DNA of 64,000 nucleotides from Oopsacas minuta (Eukaryota; Animalia; Porifera): NCBI GenBank assembly GCA_024704765.1, contig JAKMXF010000144.1, positions 186,001 to 250,000 of the forward strand, read 5' to 3'. Shown piece by piece: positions 59,939 to 64,000 of this stretch (position 1 is its first letter; each line of letters starts with the position of its first letter). The notes under the pieces were generated by a model. It saw only the letters and a program-made list of their open reading frames with translations, ran no database searches and was not told where the DNA came from. The position numbers and the translations under genes were made by a program.

Positions 59939-60676
59939 ATGGCTTCAACGGTTCTATCTAAATCACTTCCCTTACAATCTACTACGAAGTCTCCTGGCCC
60001 GAAAAAGACCCTCGAAGCGCCAGGTTTCACCATGAAATCTACCGTAAAGAATGTGAAAGTAATTCCGCCTCCATCAGCTGGTGCACTCTCCGAGCGTAAC
60101 TCTAAACAGACCGCTTTCAAGAAGTTCTACGATAGGGGAGACTTTCCGATAGCTCTTGAGCACGACACGAAGGGGAATAAAATAGCATGGAAGGTTGAGA
60201 TTGAGAAACTAGACTATCACCATTATCTCCCGCTATTCTTTGAGGGTCTCTGTGAAACGGAGCACCCTTATGAGTTCTTTGCTCGACAGGGCGTCCATGA
60301 CATGTTGGAGCATGGAGCAGCTAAGATCCTATCCGTAATCCCACAGCTGATAATCCCAATTAAGAACGCACTCTCCACCAGGAAGAGACAGGTCGTATGC
60401 ACCACACTGAAGGCTCTACAACATCTTGTAACCTCTGGGGACATGGTTGGACAAGCATTGGTCGCATACTACCGCCAAATTCTCCCTGTCCTCAACATAT
60501 TCAAGAACATGAACCTGAATTCTGGAGACGGAATAGACTACTCGCAACAGAAACGTGAAAACATCGGTGATCTAATCCAAGAGACCCTAGAGGTGTTTGA
60601 GAGGACAGGGGGAGAGGATGCCTTCATTAACATAAAGTACATGGTCCCTACCTATGAGTCATGTGTCTTGAATTGA
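59939..60676 (+). CDS. PACRG: Parkin co-regulated gene protein, intronless
   Basis: [53 protein letters not shown]. Confidence 0.97.
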   Translation: MASTVLSKSLPLQSTTKSPGPKKTLEAPGFTMKSTVKNVKVIPPPSAGALSERNSKQTAFKKFYDRGDFPIALEHDTKGNKIAWKVEIEKLDYHHYLPLFFEGLCETEHPYEFFARQGVHDMLEHGAAKILSVIPQLIIPIKNALSTRKRQVVCTTLKALQHLVTSGDMVGQALVAYYRQILPVLNIFKNMNLNSGDGIDYSQQKRENIGDLIQETLEVFERTGGEDAFINIKYMVPTYESCVLN

Positions 60677-60959
60677 CAGGACTAACGGCTATCCCATCAC
60701 TGACGGTTTATTTATATACAACTAACCTTCTCGCACTATTACATGATTATTATATCTCTACTATAGTATCATTGATTAGTAAACTCAAATATCTTTGGTT
60801 AGTTTGGTTGTTAGGGTGGAGGGTTTGATTCCGTCTTCTGGTTGTTTGTTTGGGTGCTTGATAAAGCCAAAAACAACACTGCAGGAATCTCGTTAATACG
60901 AACAAATTTTGACCGTGTTCCTATTTACGAGGTCCCACTATATCCGTGGAATTTAGATA

Positions 60960-61490
60960 ATGTTCTCTTATATTATTCGTCCGATCATTCGGTGTCCACT
61001 GAGTTTCACATCCGTCCGTCACAAATCTCAGAATATAATTCCGAACATAAAGGAGCCTATTTTCTGGGAAGAGGACTCTCGCCCTATCCCCAATACTGCG
61101 GACGCGATGATACACGCGGTTACCCAGAAGAACCAGCATATAGATTGGGAGCGTAGTCATGAGAGATTAGTCCTGATCGGTGAGGTAGTTACCGCCGCAA
61201 CCAAAGGATCGTTAGGAATGAGTCGAGTAACGAATTTTATACTCAAAACAACTATAATTACAGAAGAGACAGTAGGATATAAAGTGCTAGAACAATTCCA
61301 TTATATTTTTGTAATGCAAGAAACGTTACGTCAAAAAGTTCTAAGAACATTTCTACCTGGCACACCTATGATGATATTTGCGGGGATTCATTATCGTATG
61401 AGAGAGGATCCGAAAGATATCAGCCTGAAGTTTTTTCCAGTTCTATTCTTAGAAGGTTTTACACTATTAGAATCGGCAAACCTATTATAA
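60960..61490 (+). CDS. SSBP1: Divergent mitochondrial single-stranded DNA-binding protein-like (OB fold)
   Basis: Basic presequence. ERSHERLVLIGEV, VTNFILKT and FHYIFV..LRQKV..PGT....GIHY parallel SSBP1 ERSLNRVHLLGRV, VTIFSLAT and WHRISVF..LRDVA..KGS....KIDY. Confidence 0.6.
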   Translation: MFSYIIRPIIRCPLSFTSVRHKSQNIIPNIKEPIFWEEDSRPIPNTADAMIHAVTQKNQHIDWERSHERLVLIGEVVTAATKGSLGMSRVTNFILKTTIITEETVGYKVLEQFHYIFVMQETLRQKVLRTFLPGTPMMIFAGIHYRMREDPKDISLKFFPVLFLEGFTLLESANLL

Positions 61491-61832
61491 TAGTAATAGA
61501 AATGTTTATTTTTAAATTTTCTAATCAACTCCACTTATGTCTAAGCTCAAGGCCCTGCGATAATTACTTGGATGAATTTTATGTTGCTTTCAAAGTTTGG
61601 GGGCCAGGGGTATACCTAGGTGTTGGTGGGCATCAAAAGTGTCAGTTCAGCTGCCATGAAGGACATAAAGTGCCAACCGTGAGACATCCTGGATAAACCC
61701 CGCTTTGAGACCATATTTGCACAATTTAAGACTTCTGTATATGGGGGGTATTTCCATATAACCGGAGTTGTACCATTCCTGAATAGTGTTGCTATTTCCA
61801 GTGCTATTATCTGCATAGAGTTTACAGGTAGA

Positions 61833-62475
61833 ATGGCTCATAACTATCTGCCATCTAACACTATGGGACAGAACAAGGGGTTGCTCCAGGACCTACAGAA
61901 TAAGAGACAGAAAATGGAGAACATCACACGACACATGCTTAACCACACCCCTACCTCCTCTATGCCATCTCTAGTGTCTCCTCCCATACGACCTGGACCC
62001 ATTCTCTCATTCACTAACAACTCACTACCTGCACCGAAACCAAAGCCTTTAAAAGTGGGTATTCATACCTTTCTAACGCCCCATTAATTGTACTTTGATA
62101 GGAGGGTACTCTGACTTACATTTTTTGCAATTTTGATTATATAAACGGACTTATAGTTTTCGAGATATGGCCACATGCAAAGTGGTTGTGCCACAATTTG
62201 TAATTGAGTTTTAGAGTTATCAAAAAATAACACAGCTAAAAATAAATGGTGACAACCTGTATTATTAATATTTCAAATTATCTTAACAGACAGAAGAGAA
62301 GAGTTTGAGAAGTCAAATGAATGAAGCTCTAACTTTCGCAGAGAGGACTTCTAGTGGATATTACGTTGGCAACGCTTCTCCTTACGGGAATTTACTAATC
62401 CCTGCTATTCCTAGATTAAACCCCCCTAAAGATAACTCATTTAGAGAGACCAGACTACCCAGAGACAGTATTTGA
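61833..62475 (+). CDS. INIP: SOSS complex subunit C, 2 exons (61833-62054, 62290-62475)
   Basis: ALTFAERTSSGYYVGNASPYGNLLIPAIPRL matches INIP ALQHAHAHSSGYFITQDSAFGNLILPVLPRL. Confidence 0.85.
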
Positions 62476-62648
62476 TTGTTTTGTTATAATAATCAGAGGG
62501 GGATATAATTAAGAGATAATGAGGAATATTAATATATATTCGGAAATTCCATTGACCCGGTTTTGACACCAGGATAGTTTATTATTTGGAATGTGATGTA
62601 TGACTTAGAATTCTCTCCTATTTATACTGATTGTAGTGTTGAGATTGA

Positions 62649-63199
62649 ATGGAGGGGTCAGTAGACCAATCCGTGAAAGAACTACAGACATTAGTCACTA
62701 CATTATCCCAGGAAAACCTGACTCTATCAGATGATAACAAACTACAAGACATAGGGGATAGACTGCTGAGCCTTCTGGAGACATTCCCGCGACACACCGA
62801 CACATCTCAGTTGAAAGGACACATGTCTTCTATCCACACAGCAGCTGTAACCCTCTGGAATGTGGCAGTGGCATTCCGAGCCTCCGGAAATGTGAGTTAT
62901 AAATAGAAACAAAATTATGTATTATTAATTCTTACTATTAATAGACACGTAAATCGTTTGTTGCTCAACTCCGTCACGTCTCACTGGGTCTTGTCCTACT
63001 TTCAGAACCTCTCTCACCTCCCATATCACACTTCAAAAAGGTGTTAGCTATGTCCCTCAAGACTGCCAGGGCCTGGATAGACGCAGACAACTATGTTATG
63101 GCAGATGCAGCAATAGTACACGGATGGGAACAGACAGAAAGACTGCTGAAAGGTGTTGGAGGGGACCCAGAAGGGTTTGCTATTGTATCAGCTTCTAAA
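62649..63199 (+). CDS. TEX11: TEX11/Zip4-like meiotic TPR protein, first two exons only
   Basis: AAVTLWNVAV, QLRHVSLGL and VLAMSLKTARAWIDADNYVMAD match the TEX11 N-terminus. Ends at a GTGAGT donor (63200) without a stop. Confidence 0.75.
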
Positions 63200-63656
63200 G
63201 TGAGTTTGAGATATTTATTTTTATGTTGATTGTGTCGCTTCACTCAAAGGTGGATACAAATCAAGGATACATTTATAGTGGTGGGCACACCATGGATGGT
63301 AATAAGGTAGCAATCATATCTTTAATTCAATTGACTCAAATAGTGATCACCGATCCAATTTCATAATTGAATGGATAACCGTATGGTATGTGAACTTTAC
63401 ACTGAGCTAATACACATGGCAGGAGGTTAGTTCTAATAGAAACCATTTGAACGATAAAATATAGGAAAAACGTTTCAATCCATAGGAAATTATAGATAAT
63501 TATAGACGAATTGTCAAGTAACTCTACAAGAAATTATCTCTAAGAACATATAGCTAGTTATTAGCCATGTAACACTATCGTATAATAGTCTGTAACTACC
63601 AGTATAAATACCATGAGACAATATTATTGTAATATAATACAATTTGCATATAAGCA

Positions 63657-64000
63657 ATGGAGAAACTGATACAATTATTGGAGAGAGAGGATAATAGAAC
63701 TTGTGCCGATTGCAAAGCACAGGACCCCCTGTGGTGTAATTTGTGTGTTGGCGCGTTTATTTGCGAGGAATGTGTCCGAATTCATCAGAGCATATTTGAA
63801 ATTAACGAAAGGATTATTAAAATCCAAGATTATAACTGGTCAAAGACGGAGATCGATAGTTTGGATGGAAATGGGAAAATTAATCAAGAATTAGAGAAAT
63901 ACGTGCCGTCCTATTTTTCCCGTCCTACTCCTGGTCAGGAGAGGGTCTATGAAGAGATATATACGCGTGCTAAGTATGTAGATAAACTGTTCACGTCTCT
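63657..64000 (+). CDS. ADAP/centaurin-alpha-like ArfGAP-domain protein, partial (absent from the ORF track because no stop lies in the window)
   Basis: LLEREDNRTCADCKAQDPLW..GAFICEECVRIHQ..VPSYFSRPTP..YTRAKY parallels ADAP1. Confidence 0.85.
   Translation, partial: MEKLIQLLEREDNRTCADCKAQDPLWCNLCVGAFICEECVRIHQSIFEINERIIKIQDYNWSKTEIDSLDGNGKINQELEKYVPSYFSRPTPGQERVYEEIYTRAKYVDKLFTS

Noticed and set aside
60960-62475. SSB-like gene next to INIP as a SOSS-complex gene cluster
   Set aside because: The SSB resembles mitochondrial SSBP1 with a presequence, not the nuclear NABP/SOSS-B subunit, so adjacency is probably coincidental.

Overview
AT-rich, very gene-dense eukaryotic (animal) genomic DNA with short GT-AG introns, mostly about 52-150 nt. 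The NHL-repeat and TRAF gene types and the compaction resemble a glass sponge such as Oopsacas, but that is an inference I cannot verify. I could reconstruct about 28 protein-coding loci by hand: SNAP-25-like, cyclin C, a bacterial-type PfpI/DJ-1 protein, FEM1, HAUS6, a long helical-repeat protein, MYCBP2/Highwire, CCDC18-like, two p62/SQSTM1-like genes, PIP5K1, iRhom, FITM, an NHL pseudogene, XLF-like, HSPA14, DCTN6, P4HA, a zinc-finger/DUF3626 protein, TRAF-like, a tiny PPxY membrane protein, TBL1X, PACRG, SSBP1-like, INIP, TEX11 and an ADAP-like ArfGAP. There are also several MITEs, and I found no rRNA, tRNA or CRISPR. Main observations: (1) P4HA carries a tandem pair of 60/63-nt candidate mutually exclusive exons at the same position as vertebrate P4HA2 exons 12a/12b. 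(2) An intronless 1163-aa protein combining about 7 C2HC zinc fingers, a PPxY motif and a DUF3626 domain (possibly ADP-ribosyltransferase-like) sits inside a P4HA intron on the same strand. (3) Intronless genes are repeatedly nested in introns of intron-rich hosts. (4) A second p62 paralog keeps only the basic PB1 face and could cap p62 filaments. (5) The iRhom is inactivated by an atypical route. (6) The short motifs AAGTGGCAC and TCACACCT are strongly over-represented in coding and non-coding DNA. Exon boundaries are manual and comparisons to human proteins are from memory.
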